A DNA stretch of 64,000 bases from assembly GCF_009914755.1 (NCBI RefSeq), contig NC_060927.1; one strand, given 5' to 3'. Shown here piece by piece: positions 13,661 to 29,563 of this stretch. The DNA comes from the human T2T-CHM13v2.0 reference genome, Homo sapiens. The number at the start of each line of letters is the position of its first letter. Within the stretch, counting starts at the first letter, position 1. The translations under genes were made by a program, and so were the position numbers. A model generated the notes under the pieces. It was given only the letters and a program-made list of their open reading frames with translations. It was not told the DNA's origin and ran no database searches.

Positions 13661-15184
13661 AATAATGATAAGCTTTGTCTTCAGTAGTCCTCATCAAAGG
13701 GCTCTCATTTGACCAGACAATTTTTTAAAAAATCTTGCTTCTCATTGAAAGACTTCCAGAAGTTGTTCTTTATTTTTAGATTTCCAATGTTCTTTCTTGA
13801 CCTGTTCTTTAACCAGGTTTTAGAGAATATGCTTTGCTACACTTTTTTCTCCTTATTATGAAGCTACAGCTTGCTAATAACCTTTGTAGTGCACATTGAT
13901 TGCTTCAAATGATAAATGATCTGTCTATCAGAATTGATGTTATTGACAAATGTTTTCTGTGGACACATGGGTTTAAGATACATGACTATTCCATGTGGTC
14001 ATATTTGTCAGCTTGCGAAAGTTTGCTTGATCATTAAAATAGAGTATTCAGTTATACAAATGTTTCTCATTTCATTATTCCTTGTACAGTGGACAAAGTA
14101 ACCTTGGCAAAGAACTTTTATATCATGCTGAATACTGTTTCCACTATCCCTCTGCTGCATATAATTTTCTTTTTAATTTTACTTATCTCTAAGTTTTTTC
14201 TGACATTTGAAACTTAGCATCTTAATCTACTTTTTTCTTCATTGTATTAATTTTCAGTTTCCCAAGCTGATTCACATTTATGGTCCTCTTAGACTCACTG
14301 TTAGAGCCTTCCTTTTTTTTTTTTTTGCAGTTGTGTGTCACTTTCTATTTTGTATCATTTTTATCTTTATTATATTTATTTAAAACGTGTTACAAAGATA
14401 ATTCGATTCCTGCAGGTAAAGCTAGTCTGATCCCTACACACTTCAAGAGATTCTGGGGAGGTCAAGATTTGGGCACCCTTGGCTGGGATGTTGAGTTAAA
14501 CCCTAAATGGGAGAGCAAAGAGATGGTAAGAATAAAGTAGTAGCATCTGTGTACCCCTTTTCCACTCTTATGATGCCAAAGTAAAAAATAAACATGAAAG
14601 CAGAAAAGTATTCTCTCTGGAGGTGGTCATATACCTCAAGCCTATATTTTCAAAGAATACTTTTATCAAGCTTAATAATTGGTTAGGAGTCTCTCAGAAC
14701 TTTATTCCTTTTATATCACAAAGAAGGTGACCTTTTTAATAATTCTATCAACAGTATAGTTATATTGAATACTTCCTCAAGTAAGTTCTCTAAAGCCCTT
14801 TTCTGGGAAACGTCAATAGTGTATCATGAAAAAGTAATCAGTACTTAAATAAATTTAGAAACATCAAATACTGTATCTCCTTATATATTCATTGTAGATT
14901 TTCCCATACCAAAGGATGAGAACATTTCTAGATGAAAGCTATTTGTTTAACACTTTTAAAGCCAAGATTTCCAAAATATATGTGACTAGGAAATCTTTCT
15001 GATATGGTAGCATTTCTTGTGGAAAAGTGTTTAGAAAACAAGACCCGAGAGAATAACTTGTTTCTTGGATCCAATTCATTGAGTCCCACTACCTTTCACA
15101 GATTATAGATACGGGGTACAGAAAGGCACACATAAACAAATGAACCTGGGGGAACTGATTTTCCACATTATTTTTTTTTGATAT

Positions 15185-15677
15185 ATTAAAACCCATTCCA
15201 TAGCCCACCTCTGACATCAGTTGCGGTTCTGGCAGACAGCTCCTTTGCACACTGACAGAATTATATTCCAAGTTCGTGCCTGCCTTCTTTCTCCATTTTT
15301 CTACCACAGAACATTTTACGATGCCTGTTTAAGTTGCTGGACCCAAACATAGGGCAGTCTGAGTGTGCTGAGGTGGAAGGCTTGGGAGGCGATGTTAAAG
15401 TCTGCGTGGCAACTCCCAGCAAATAAGGGGAAAGATGACTGTCCCAGACTCTGTCCTGCCAATAGATAATTCTGAGTTGCATTCTACACAGTTCTCCAGA
15501 GGCCTCTCAGTGGGACTGAGTTGATTTGCCCACAGTGGTAACCAACTCATTAACCCATACTATACTGGGTTTCTTTCCATTCCTTTCTCACTTTCACTTC
15601 TGCTTCCTGAGGTTATCTCCTAAAAAAGGTAAGTCCTTGTCTCAGAATCTTCTTTTAGGCAAAACCAAATAGTGACA
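15185..15677 (+). mobile_element. LTR16-family (ERVL) solo LTR
   Basis: 'ataattctgagttgcattctacacagttctccagagg..gcccacagtggtaaccaactcattaac' and terminus 'gtccttgtctcag..ccaaatagtgaca'. 5' boundary approximate. Confidence 0.7.
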
Positions 15678-16014
15678 ATTTTTTCTTCCCCAAGTGGCAA
15701 AAATAGGTAAGGGTTACACTGACATATGAAAGCATATTCTTGGTTCCTGAAGACCCCATCTGGTCTATATTACGTTTTGAACTGATTCTTTTCTATGTGC
15801 CAGGGTTCTTTTGAGGGATATATAACCTGATGGTCTTTTAGCCCTGCCATTTTGGCCTAAATGTTATCAGAGCTTCTGCTTTGGCCTTAAAGCCATCTCC
15901 ATTCTGTAAAACAACAAGAATAATACCAGTTTTCATTTAAAAAACAATTTTGGCAAATACACAATATGCTTAAAGAGTATTCTATCCTTACGACTACAGG
16001 ATAACTACAATAAC

Positions 16015-16350
16015 ATGTAGATGCTATTGTCGTCACTTCACAGATACAAAAAACCTAAGAACCAGAGAAGTTCAGTGATTTGCAGATCATCCTCCTGGTT
16101 ATTAGCAGAGCCAGAATTGGAACTCAAATCTTTGTGACTCCATGGTCCAAGCTCCAAGCCACTGCTTTCTATTTAAACCCCATGTCTAACAATTGTTAAC
16201 CCATTATGATCACATACCCTTCTGCTTATATATTCAGTGGATTACCAGAAGTTTTCACTTCCTCTTTAAAATGAGGATAATAATGCTACTTTATAGTACA
16301 GTCAGAATTATAAAATGAGTCACTGTATGTGAACATAAAACCCACTTAAC
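16015..16350. mobile_element. MIR fragments (minus, then plus)
   Basis: 'cagagaagttcagtgatttgc..agcagagccagaattggaactc' and 'cttcctctttaaaatgaggataataat'. Confidence 0.6.
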
Positions 16351-16439
16351 AGTCTCTATAAAAATGTTTATTTCTATTATTACCAGAATTACATAGAATC
16401 CATCTCCTCCCCTCTTTTTGAGTTCTTGAGTGTATCCTT

Positions 16440-16660
16440 TGTAACCTCTAGTAGGTAAGAAGATGTGATAACACATGGAAAACTACATGGGAATTATTTT
16501 AGAAGCTAAGGCTAGAAGTATATCAATGCTGTATTCTGGCCATTCCATTGGCCAGTATTAAGTCACATGACCCTACCTAACTGCAAGGGAAATTGGGAAA
16601 TATCATCTAGCTATAGACTTTATGTGTGCCCAGGTGGAAAAGGAAGGGAAGATAAGCAAT
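16440..16660 (-). mobile_element. Old MLT1 (J/K-like) LTR fragment
   Basis: 'ccattggccag..gtcacatgaccctacctaactgcaagggaaattgggaaat' motif. Confidence 0.55.
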
Positions 16661-17384
16661 TACATAGGAATATCTCCCATGTTAATCCTCATTGTTATTA
16701 GTGTAATTTAAATGTGACATATTCAGAAAAGTGTTCTACCTCCAACCTATAGCCGGCATCCCACCAGGTCTCAGTGCAGCTCCATCATCACCTTTCTAGT
16801 TCTAGTAATTATTTCTCCCCCTGATTGCAATATCTACCTAACTGGTTTCCCTGCTCCACCGTTGCCATTGTAAAAATGCATTCTGCAGTCAGAAAATACA
16901 TAATGTCATTATGGTCAACTTATCTCTCCCGCTACTCAAAATTTTCCAGTGGATTTCCATCACAGAATTAAAGTCTTTGTCTCTGACTTTGGTGTTACAG
17001 TTTATAACCTCCACCTTGTGGTTCTCTGTGCTAGTCACAGTAGTCTTGCTACTCAATGGACACTCCACGCCCCTTCCTGCCTTAGCACAGTAGAATTGCT
17101 CTTTTCTATTCTTGAAGTGCTCTTGCCATATATCTTTGCATAGCTCCTTCCTCATTTTATTCATTTCATTCATATCCTCAAAAAGGTCTTTTTCATCATC
17201 ACACTTAAAATATGCCTCAGTCATTCTCTAAACCCTTAATCTGTTTTTATTCATAGCACTTATAGTGCCTGATAATATATTGTGTTTATATATATATCTA
17301 CTTATTTACCAGTTTACTCATTAGATTGTAACTTTATGAGGACAGTTTTTAAAATTTTTATTTATTTTTAATTTTTTTTTAAAT

Positions 17385-17695
<311 letters not shown>

Positions 17696-17749
17696 CCTAA
17701 TTTTTATTTTTATTGATAGCAGAGGACAACTTTATTATTATGTCTTCAG

Positions 17750-19932
17750 TTTTTTTCTTTATTGAGGTATAATTGACAAGTGAATGTATGTATTTACAGT
17801 GTACAATGTGGTGTTTTGATTGATGTATAAATTGTGAAATGATTACCACAATCAAGCTAATTGGCATATTTATCACTTCACATAGCTAACATTTGTGCAT
17901 GTGTGTGTGGTGAGAACATTTAATATCCACTCCCTTAACAATTTTCAATCATAAATTATATTATTATTAACTATGGTTACCATGCTGTAATACAGATCTC
18001 CAGAACTTATTCATCCTAACTGAAAGTTTGTACCTTTTGACCATCTTTCCATTCCCCTTCTACCCTCCACCCCCTATCCCCTGGAACCCACCATTCTATT
18101 CTTCGCTTCTATGAGTTAGACTCTTTTAGGCTCCACATATAAGTGAGATCATGTTGTATTTGTCTTTCTGTGTCTCGCTTATGTCTTCTAGATTTAATCA
18201 TGCAAATTACATGATTTTCTTCTTTTATAAGACTGACTACTATCTTATGTACACACACACAAACACACACAATTTTCTTTACCTTTTTATTAGTCAATGG
18301 ACTCTTACATTGATTCCATATCTTAACATTTATGAATAATGCTGCAATTAAGATAGGAGTGTATATATCTTTTTGAGATAGTTTCATGGCTTTTGAAGTA
18401 CAATTACTGGATTACATATATGGTAGTTACATTCTTAAATATTTTTGAAGAAGTCTGTACTGTTTCCATAGCGGCTGAACCAATTTACATTTCCACCAAC
18501 AGTGCACCAGGGTTCCCTTTTCTCCACATCCTTGGCAATACATTTTATCATTTGTCTTTTTGATAATAGCCATTCTAACAGGAGTGAAGTGATATCTCAT
18601 TGTGGTTTTAATTTGCATTTCTCTGATGATTAGTGATGTTCAACATTTTTTCATACACATGTTGTCATTTGTATATCTTCTTTTGAGAAATATCTATTTC
18701 TTGAACCTTTTAAAAATCAGATTGTTTTCTTGTTACCAAGTTGTTTGAGTTTTTTATATATTTTTAGATATTAAACCATTATCAGATGTATGGATTATAG
18801 ATATTTTCTCTCATTTTGTAGATTGTAACTTTATTCTGTTGATTGTTTCCTTACTGTGCAAAACCTTTTGAGTTTCAAGCAATCTTACTTGCCTATTTTT
18901 TGTTTATTGACTGTGATTTTGAGGTCATATCCAAAAAATCTTTGCCCAGATCAATGTGAAGAACCATATTCTCTGTTTTTTCTTTTAGTAGCTTTACAGT
19001 TTCAGGTTTTACTTTATTAAGTCTTTAATCCATTCTGAGTTGATTTTTATGTATGGCATGAGATTGGGGTCCAGTTTCTTTTTTCTGTGTATAGAGATCC
19101 AGTTTTCCTAACACCATTTATTGAAGAGATTATCTTTTCCCAGTATGTTCTCAGCATCTTTGTCAAAAATCAGTTCACCATAAATCAGTGGATTATTTTT
19201 GGGATCTCTATTCTGTTCCATTAGTCTATGTGTCTGTTTTTATTCCAGTACCATGCTGTTTTGAGTACTATAGCTTTGCAGTATATTTTGAAGCTAGGTA
19301 GTGTGATGTCTCCATTTTTGCTCTTTTGCACAACATTGCTTTGGCTATTCATTGTCTTTTGTGGTTCCATATAAACTTTAGGATTGTTTTTTCTATGTAT
19401 ATAAAAAATATCACATAGATATAAATTTGATAGGGCTTGCACTTTGATTATAGATTGCTTTAGGTAGTCTGGGTATTTTGGCAATAATAATTTTTCCAAT
19501 CTATGATGATGAAGTATCTTTCCATTTATTAGCATCTTCTTCAATTTCTTTCATGGATTTCTTACAGTTTTCAATGTACAAATCATCTCTTTGGTAAATT
19601 TATTCCTAATTATTTTATTCATTTACATTCTATTTTTAATTGAATTTAAAAGTTTTTGTTTTCAGATAGTTTGTTAGTGTATAGAAATGCTACTAATTTT
19701 TGTATATTGACTTATTTTAATATTGCAACTTCACTGAATTTATGAGTTCTAACAGTTGTCTAGTAGAGTCTTTAGGGCTTTCTATACATGAGCTCTTATT
19801 TGCAAGCAGAGATAATTCTATTTCTTCATTTCTGGTTTGGATCCCTTTTATTTCTTTTTCTTCCTTAATTTCTCTGACTAGGGCCACTACTATATTTAAT
19901 AGAAGTGATGAGAGTGGACAAATTTTTCTCAT
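17750..19932 (-). mobile_element. 5'-truncated L1MA (approx. L1MA8-9)
   Basis: 3' end 'tttattgaggtataattgaca'. ORF2 C-terminal fragments 18427-18618 ([17 protein letters not shown]), 19221-19544 and 19717-19932. Confidence 0.9.
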
Positions 19933-19983
19933 TTTGAGGACAACGAAATGAATGTATAGTTCACTTCTGTATTATTATTATCC

Positions 19984-20273
19984 TTTTTTTTCTGAGACAG
20001 AGTCTGGTGCTGTCACCCAGGCTGGAGTGCAGTGGTGATCCAGGCTCACTGCAACCTCTGCCTACTGGGTTCAAGCAATTCTCGTGCCCTAGCCTCCTGA
20101 ATAGCTGGGACTACAGGTGTACACCACCATGCCTGGCTAATTTTTGGACTTTTAGTAGAGATGGGGTTTTGTCATGTTTGCCAGGTTGGTCTCGAACTCC
20201 TGGCCTCAAGTGATCTGTTCACTTCAGCCTTCCAAAGTGCTGGAATTACAGGCATGAGCCACAGTGTTTGGCC
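19984..20273 (-). mobile_element. Old Alu (AluJ/Sz-like)
   Basis: Dimeric Alu in reverse complement with heavy CpG decay. Confidence 0.92.
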
Positions 20274-20861
20274 ATACCTTAATGTATGTACAGTGTCTGG
20301 AATATAGGATGTGCTTAATACATATTTGTTAAAAGAGAAAAAGAATGACTACTTGACTTTCTCCCATTACAATTTTTGCTCTTGCCAATCCTTGTTAGGG
20401 CTCATTTTCTTCTTCCAGTGATTACAGCACTTTTTCTTTACCCCATTCCTTTGTACTTTTTTTTCATTTCTGAGATTCTATCAACTGATGACAATTTCCA
20501 TTGTGGCTACAGCTCAATTGTCTAGATGTCTGAAACACGTTTGTTTCACCCACTCTAAATAGAAAGAGAAACATTATTTAATAGTTTTTAAAAAACCTTT
20601 CCTTTCCTTTCCTTTTCTTCTTTTCCTTTCTTTCTGTTAAATAGTCATTTAGTTGGAGAGTAAAATCTGAAACAACCTGTAAGAAATAGCCAGGAGATAG
20701 ACAATCAACAGATTTGAATTTTCACAATGTGTTGCCTATTAATTATCTATCATATCAGAAGGAAGTACAATAGGTGAAATTGTTCATGTGGGCATTACTA
20801 ATACTACTGCTATGATGCACGCCAATAACCAACAGCAGCTGCTGTCTAAAAGAAATTTTTC

Positions 20862-22360
<1,499 letters not shown>

Positions 22361-22726
22361 CTAAAAGAAATTTTTCATGATGTCTCTTAGGCTCCAAGTA
22401 ATATAAAGAATCAGCTACTGTCTGTTACTTTCTTACTCCTCCATACCAAACATGCTCTTCAGAGATACCTCTATATAGTGAAGACATGACGGTAATTCCA
22501 AGGCAATTTTTTGACAATCTCTTCTGCTTCTGAAGAAACATGTTTCTAGTAAATTCCCCTAGAGGAAAAGAAATAAAAGTTTGGTGCACTAAATTTTCTG
22601 GCACGAGGAATGACTTGTTATGTGGCTGCCACCAAAATTTAACTTGTCAGTTTTGGTTTTACTACTTATAAAATATAAAAATGCAAAAAATTATTCTCCA
22701 TTTTGTATTTTAATACTTGGCCATAG

Positions 22727-22799
22727 AGAATCCAAGTGTTATTCCTAAACATTATTTGAAAGAATCCAAGTATTATTCCTAAACATTATTTGAAAGAAT
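22727..22799. repeat. 34-bp tandem duplication
   Basis: AGAATCCAAGT(G/A)TTATTCCTAAACATTATTTGAA x2, followed by AGAAT. Confidence 0.95.
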
Positions 22800-23191
22800 A
22801 AAATATATAAATGACTATATGTTTCAGTTAAATTTTTATAAATAGATCCATTTGCAGCCATTTTTTTAAACAAGAAACATTGTACCAAGATTGTAGCTTG
22901 ACAAACAGTGGACAATTTAGAAACAGGATTATTTCAGTTCTCAATTTATTTTAGTTCAAAACAGCTAACATTCCTTCTCAAATTCACAAAATGTTCTCCG
23001 CATACTCCAAGCATTTTTTACATTATCTCATAAAATATGTTATTTTAGCTGTTCTGTTTTGATAAATATCGATAGAGATTTTCTTGGCTTAAAACAAATC
23101 TATGCTGATTTGAAAAATAAGACTTTGATTGGATTGCAGAGGAACTCCAAATGAAGTTATTTGCTTTGTGCTCTCTTTCTCTTTCCATCAT

Positions 23192-23251
23192 TAGGTTCCT
23201 AATGCAAATAAAGATCTGTAGGTCCCTAATGCAAATAAAGATCTGTAGGTC
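23192..23251. repeat. 27-bp tandem duplication containing the octamer ATGCAAAT
   Basis: TAGGT(T/C)CCTAATGCAAATAAAGATCTG x2, followed by TAGGTC. Confidence 0.95.
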
Positions 23252-25074
23252 AAAAACAAAGATAATGTTAGCCTTTCCCTAAATGCCATCACGAAAATGT
23301 CTTAAAACTTATACTAGCTTTATATCTTCAGCAAAAATGTCATTTGCAACTAATCTTCAAATAGTCAATGACAGCCAAATATTTACCAGGCCTGACCTAG
23401 ATATATTCTTCTGTGATATACCTAGAACTTAAGCCAGAGCAAATTCTTAATTCTTCAAACCAAGCAAAATAACTTTTATATGTAAAAAATTTAATTACAG
23501 AAATATGTAATTACATATTAACAGGTGTTTAAAATCAGGCTGCATTATTCTATTTTGTATAACATTGGACTGTTAGGAGCCAGAATGAGAAAATGTGCAT
23601 AAAATAGCTTTGAAAATAGGACCTTAAGCACATATATTAAAAAATGGCATGTGGGCTAATTTTCAATAGCATTTGAGCTCTTTTCCTTGTCATCTCTGAA
23701 AATTTCACCTTTTATTTTTTTCCTTCTGAATATCTCATGAGCTCATGAGCTTGTCAATCTCTCTTTATTACATTCTCTACTCTTTTTCATTCTATCATGA
23801 AACACTAGAACAAAAAAGTAGCAGTAGTATATTGCCCTACCTCCACTAAACTGTGGGTTGTTGTCAATTGAATTAAATTTATCTTATAACTACCATCACT
23901 TAAAAATGATTTATGAAGTCTTTTTGTAAAAATGCAATATCAAAAAGTCAAGATTAGATAATTAATGTGTAAAAAGATTCTTAGATGAATGTGGGTGTTG
24001 ATGAACAGAAAAAAAATGATACAGAAAGAAAAAAGTGTTATCACAAAGATTAGGAGAAAATACAAACAATTTTTCTTTTCAGTAATAAAATAATGCAGAT
24101 TATTCATAGATTGTTTGTTTTGGAGACCAGGAAAGGTACACAGCTAAAGACTGCAGGTCAACTGCATAGCTGAAAAACCACTGGGGTCAGTAAGAGGCCC
24201 CCAGTCAAAAATATAGTGAGAGAGTTATAAAATTTATAATCTGAATTTTCCAAACCAACAATAAAAAGATAGAGGTAATATTCTGTCTGAAAATAATTCA
24301 ATAAATTCTATATAATATGTGGTGGAGTGCCTACCATTTATAAAACACTGTGCCTGACATTAGGTAGGAGTGACAATGATGAATTAAGTATGAACTTGGA
24401 ATTCAGTCTAAAATCTTCTACCCTAGTAAATCTAGGAATTCGCATACTAGAAATCATAATAAATTCTGACAAATGATCCATACCCTTGTCTTTTAACATT
24501 TATATTCAACATACCTGAATAAATATCAATGAAAATATTTATAAAAATAAGGAATTTTGTTTGCAGATCACTTCTAGGAAAAAAACTCTATGACTGTATA
24601 GTTTATCTCTGGATGCTATTTAGGAGATGCCATACACGCCTTCCTTAGACTAATTCTCTGTAGGGTAGGGGAATGTGCCATGGGTAAGTTGTCTCAGCAT
24701 GGGTATTAGTCTTTAATAAATATTTAATAACTTATCCCCAGACAGCAGTGTAAGAGTCATCTACGTACTTTGCATAATGCCTGTAGTGCCTGAGTTCTAT
24801 GTTGAGTTCTCTTGGAGGGAAACTAGCAAAATCACATAATTTATGCCATTAAAAAATTGTTAACTGGATTCATCATGGAGAGATGCAATGAGAATTAGCA
24901 CAAATAAATCTACATCATTCAACTTTTGTTTTCTAGGGTTTTTTACACCTAAGCATTATAGCATGTGGTATAGTGACTTATATTTTTAAAAAAATCAGTC
25001 TGGAAGATAAAGAAGTGTGGCAAAGAAAGTATCATTAATCATTTTGGGAATTTAAAAATAGTTAAAAACCACTT

Positions 25075-26090
25075 CTAGTTGTCTGATGTTTCTTCTTTCC
25101 CTCGCTCTAGTCTGTTCTTGTGTAGATACCCTGTAAATGTTGGTGTTTCCATGTTCCTGTCTTCACCCTTCTCTTCTTATATGACAGTCACTCTGTGGAA
25201 TTTCATTTATTCTACATTTACTATGGTATTTTCAAAATAAAAATAAACTTGCTGTTTTTTAGTCTTGAGACCCAAAGCAACGTAGGCTCATGAATAAAGA
25301 GAAATTAAGCGTATCTCACCTGTAAAGTAGAAAATTAAATTCTCCCTGAAATTATATTCTTTGAATTTGATGTTTATCCATCATTTGTTTACTGATGGTT
25401 TACAAATCCAGCTCTGCTTCTTACCTGCGTTTTAACCATTTATTAAATGATTAACTTGATTTCCAAAGGTTACATAAATGTCAGGATGACCAAGATTGAA
25501 CCTGGCAGGTTTTGGCCCCACCATCCTAACAAAACACCAATCTAACCTGCTTCATTTCCCTAATTCTTTAACTTAGCTAATCACATGGACATGTAAATAG
25601 TCATCTAACCTAGACATCTGTAGTCGTCTTCAACTTACTCTTCAATTTTTATAAATTTTACCTTTTAAATATTTCCTGGATACATTACTGCCTGCTATCC
25701 TCCTTGTCATTGCTGCTATTTTAGTTTAAGCTCTCATCTCTTACCTGATTTCCTTACTCCTATCTTGCCCTCTTCTAATTCATCCTGTATGAAAGCTGCA
25801 GTGATATATCTATTTCAGAGGATATAGTTTAAATTTCTTAACAGGGCATATGAAACCCTTCATGATTTAGTCTAACACCTTAAGTATGCTTCCACTTTCT
25901 GACTCAAATCTCCAGTAACATTAAACTGTTGTAATTCTTCCTGCTCTATACACTCACCCACTATTACACAAACACTCAACATTTTATACTAACTCTTTGA
26001 GAACTGGGACCATTCCTATCTCACCAATCTTTTTCCAAAGCTGCACAGACTCTGGCAAATGATTGTTCAGGAAATGTTTGAACAGTGAGT
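25075..26090 (+). mobile_element. Degenerate L2
   Basis: Pyrimidine-rich L2-like tracts ending 'ctggcaaatgattgttcaggaaatgtttgaacagtgagtg'. Confidence 0.5.
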
Positions 26091-26420
26091 GCCAAGGAGC
26101 ATAAATGGAAGTGACTGAGAATGGAAGAAACAAAATTATCAGTTATGGAATCCGAACCCTTATGTCTCTGCTGTATTGTTTATATTCACTACCTTAGTGG
26201 GTGTGGCTTCTCACTTCTAGGAGGGCAATACCCAGTTTTGTAGTTATGACTTTGATCTTTCTCCAACCTCTACTTGGGTGTTGAATATCTCCACTCAGAT
26301 GTTGGATTTTTATCTTCCCTGCAATGCCATCACCATTTTCCATCTTGACGCTTTACTATGACTGTTCAGTGTTTACCTTTTGTCCTTCCAGAATTCTAAT
26401 CAATTCTAAAATCTGATACA

Positions 26421-26527
26421 TATTTTTTTGAGACAGAGCCTTGCTCTGTAGCCCAGGCTGGAGTACAGTGGCACGATCTCGGCTCACTGCAACCTCTGCC
26501 TCCCAGGTTCAAGCTATTCTTCTACCC
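26421..26527 (-). mobile_element. Severely 5'-truncated Alu (end of right arm)
   Basis: About 100 bp of the Alu 3' end with a short T tail. TSD AAAATCTGATA at 26408-26418 and 26528-26538. Confidence 0.9.
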
Positions 26528-26710
26528 AAAATCTGATAAATTCTTTTTGTAGTATTTTTTTCCCTGAAATTATTCCTTTCTTTTAAATTATTCCTGTCTT
26601 TCAAGTTCTTTAAGTTTAAATTCCGCTTTAAATCCTTATAGCCTTGTTCATAAACATTAGTCTACTGTTAGAATTCCTTCCTTCCTTCTACCCTTTAAAA
26701 AAATATCTTA

Positions 26711-27010
26711 GGCCCAGAGCTGTAGCTCACGCCTGTAATCCCAGCACTTTGGGAGGCTGAGGCGGGTGAATCACTACATTAGGAGTTCAAGACCAGCCTG
26801 GCCAAGATGGTGAAACCCCGTCTCTAATAAAAATACAAAAATTATCCAGGCCTGGGGGTGGGCACCTGTAATCCCAGCTACTCGGGAGGCTGAGGCAGAG
26901 AACTGCTTGAACCCGGGAGTTGGAGGTTACAGTGAGCTGAGATCCTGCCACTGCACTCCAGCCTGGGCAACAGAGTGACACTCCATCTCAAAAAAAAAAA
27001 AAAAAAAAAA
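26711..27010 (+). mobile_element. AluS
   Basis: Full dimer with a ~23-A tail. ATCTTAG on both sides is the TSD remnant. Confidence 0.95.
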
Positions 27011-28761
27011 ATCTTAGTCTGATCTGGCTCCAGTCTACTTTTCTTCCTCTTATTATTATTTCTTTTTATTTTATTTCTCTCATAAATAAACATTTTCTCC
27101 TAGACAGGGTGGTCTTTCACTAAATGGTCCAAAATTATCTTTCAGAAACTATCTTTTACTAAATAATAGATACTATATAAATTTTTTCTTCTTCTCTCTC
27201 TCCCTCTCACTATTTCTGTCTCTATCTCACTCTAGCTTTCTCTTTTATTCTTTCTTCAGCTGTGAAGAACTCATACTTCAATTCTACATGCAACTTTAAA
27301 AGTTGAGAGTACATAATTACGTATTAATAAAGCAATAGAAACAAAGATACTGAGTTCTTGGTTCTCTTTTGGGGTCAGTACCCCATGGTATTCTGATCTA
27401 CCTTATATTGCTTCATGTTCTGCTGCCTCTGCCTCTATAATGACACCTTTAATACATCACAATACCTGTTCACTAAGAAAAGATCAATTCGTGTTTCATT
27501 ATACTTAATCTTAGGAATCAGGTAGCTGAAGAATAAGTTACAAGAGAATGGTCATCACAAAAGTTGAAAAATCTTAGAAAGTTATACAATAATGAAGTAG
27601 TTTTTTGAAAACTTGTAGTTTAAAACAACTTCTGATAGTTTCCTGTATAGAGTTCTAATTGTATTCTTTTCTACATATTGATCACTATTCAATATTAGGA
27701 AAAAAAGTTTTGACTTTGCTTTAGTAGATGAATTTATTGTAAATCTTTTGGAAAGAATCAAATGTCTACCAAGTTAATACAATAGTAATTGGAATTTAAA
27801 ATTTTCTCTCCTAAGAGAAAAAAATTCACATTTGAAAGTATTTAATCTCTTTGAAGAGCTTTAGTTAAATTCAAGACTAAACCATAGGTTGAAAATAGTT
27901 CTCTCAGCCCAGTTATTACCTTTTGCTGATGATTTCTCTGTGGTTACTCTGCCTATACGAGAAGATTCTAAAGCTAGAAAGACTATTTGTTTTTTAATAG
28001 CTAGTTGGCCAGACCACCAATTGCTTTAAGATGCTGTGGCTCTGAATACAAGTGCAGAGTATTAGATTAATGGCTTTTGCTTTGACCAGCAAGAACAGGA
28101 GAGTTCGGGAATAAAAAGCAGGACCCCTGTTTTCCCCATGGCAGAACTCTTTGTTCCCTGAACCACGGGGAGGATTAGTCTGAATAGTGGTGTGTAAAAT
28201 GGATTCAGTCCCATAGATCTTATCACCTTTTATCACTCCAGTAAGTGAGGGTTCAATTTAATAAGACATGGTATTAGCCGTATTTGCTTTGTTTAGGACT
28301 TTTATATAGATTAGCAATCCTGGACTCTTTTTTCTGGTTTTCTTTTTTTTGTTGGAAGGGGACAGATGATAGTGTGATTAGCACTTTAAAAAAGTAATGG
28401 CAGTAGGGGTGGAGGAGATTTGGAAGGTATAGCTTTGATAAATATCGGGGGTTTGGGACTCACAGGAAGAAGACACTGTGTCATAACTTCTTTGTTCTGA
28501 AATCTTGTGATCAGGATCTTTCAGGGAAGTCTCAGTGGTTTTTGGTTTCTGTTAAATGGAAAACAAGCAAAAAAGATCTCTCTTTGGTTACATTCTGCTA
28601 CTAAATTGTCTATCAGTCAATCTGCAGTCTCACAAACAGAAATTGAATGAACACAAAAGCAATTTTCCTAGTTGGGATTCTGGGCCCCTATCCACAATGC
28701 CAACAACTACCACCCTCCCTTCTAAACTCACAATCTCTATCTCTGTTTAGTATTTAATTTC

Positions 28762-28850
28762 CTTTCAGCAAACATTTATTGAGTGCCAAGCATTGAACTA
28801 GGTGTTGGAAGGGAATACAAGATGAATATAAAACCTGGCCTCTGCCTTGT
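28762..28850 (-). mobile_element. L2 3' terminal fragment
   Basis: 'ttcagcaaacatttattgagtgcc..ctaggtgttgg..gatgaata'. Confidence 0.6.
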
Positions 28851-29563
28851 TTTTACCACCTTAGAACTGCAATTGTATCTCATAGAATGATTTGTTTGTT
28901 TAGTGATCTAGATTAGAAACTAGCCACACAGAATACACCTGGAGGCATAACTAAGTAAAAACAATAAATAAAACAAGTTATAGGCTACAGGGTCATGTTA
29001 CAGCATAAGGGAGATAGCAACTTGAGCAACACCTGGATACTGGATACTGAAGAATTACAGTGCAAATGCTGTCATGTGGTTCCTCCCACATGGCCTTAGT
29101 TCTTAGTGCCACTCAGAGTTAAAACATACACACGCACACATACACAAACACACATACACCTGCAAACTGCTTCTCTCTGCAACCAGACATACATGCACAA
29201 AAGATATCCAATGACTTGATCAGCATTTGACATTTGAATAATTAATAGTTTCGGAGCCTCTTGTCTTTTCAATTTAAACTTAAACTGCAAATATCAAAAT
29301 TGAAACAAACGGAGCCTGTTTTATTCTTTTGTCTAATAAAATTATGACAAAAATTTGCAAAACTTACCCTTTTCTTCTAAAGAGATTTAAGAAATGCACT
29401 ATACAGATATTTTCTTTTCTGCTGCTATGTAAATTAGAGAACACACAAATATTTTCATCTTTGCTTTAGAGATAAACTGAGGCGTTGAACTTTGTAATAC
29501 TTCAAAAAGCCAGGAAACCACAATTAGAACTTCTAATTTCAGATCTAGAATCTGCATTGGACA

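Noticed and set aside
22727-23251. Short repeats as a CRISPR-like array
   Set aside because: Adjacent two-copy duplications without spacers, in eukaryotic DNA with no cas genes.
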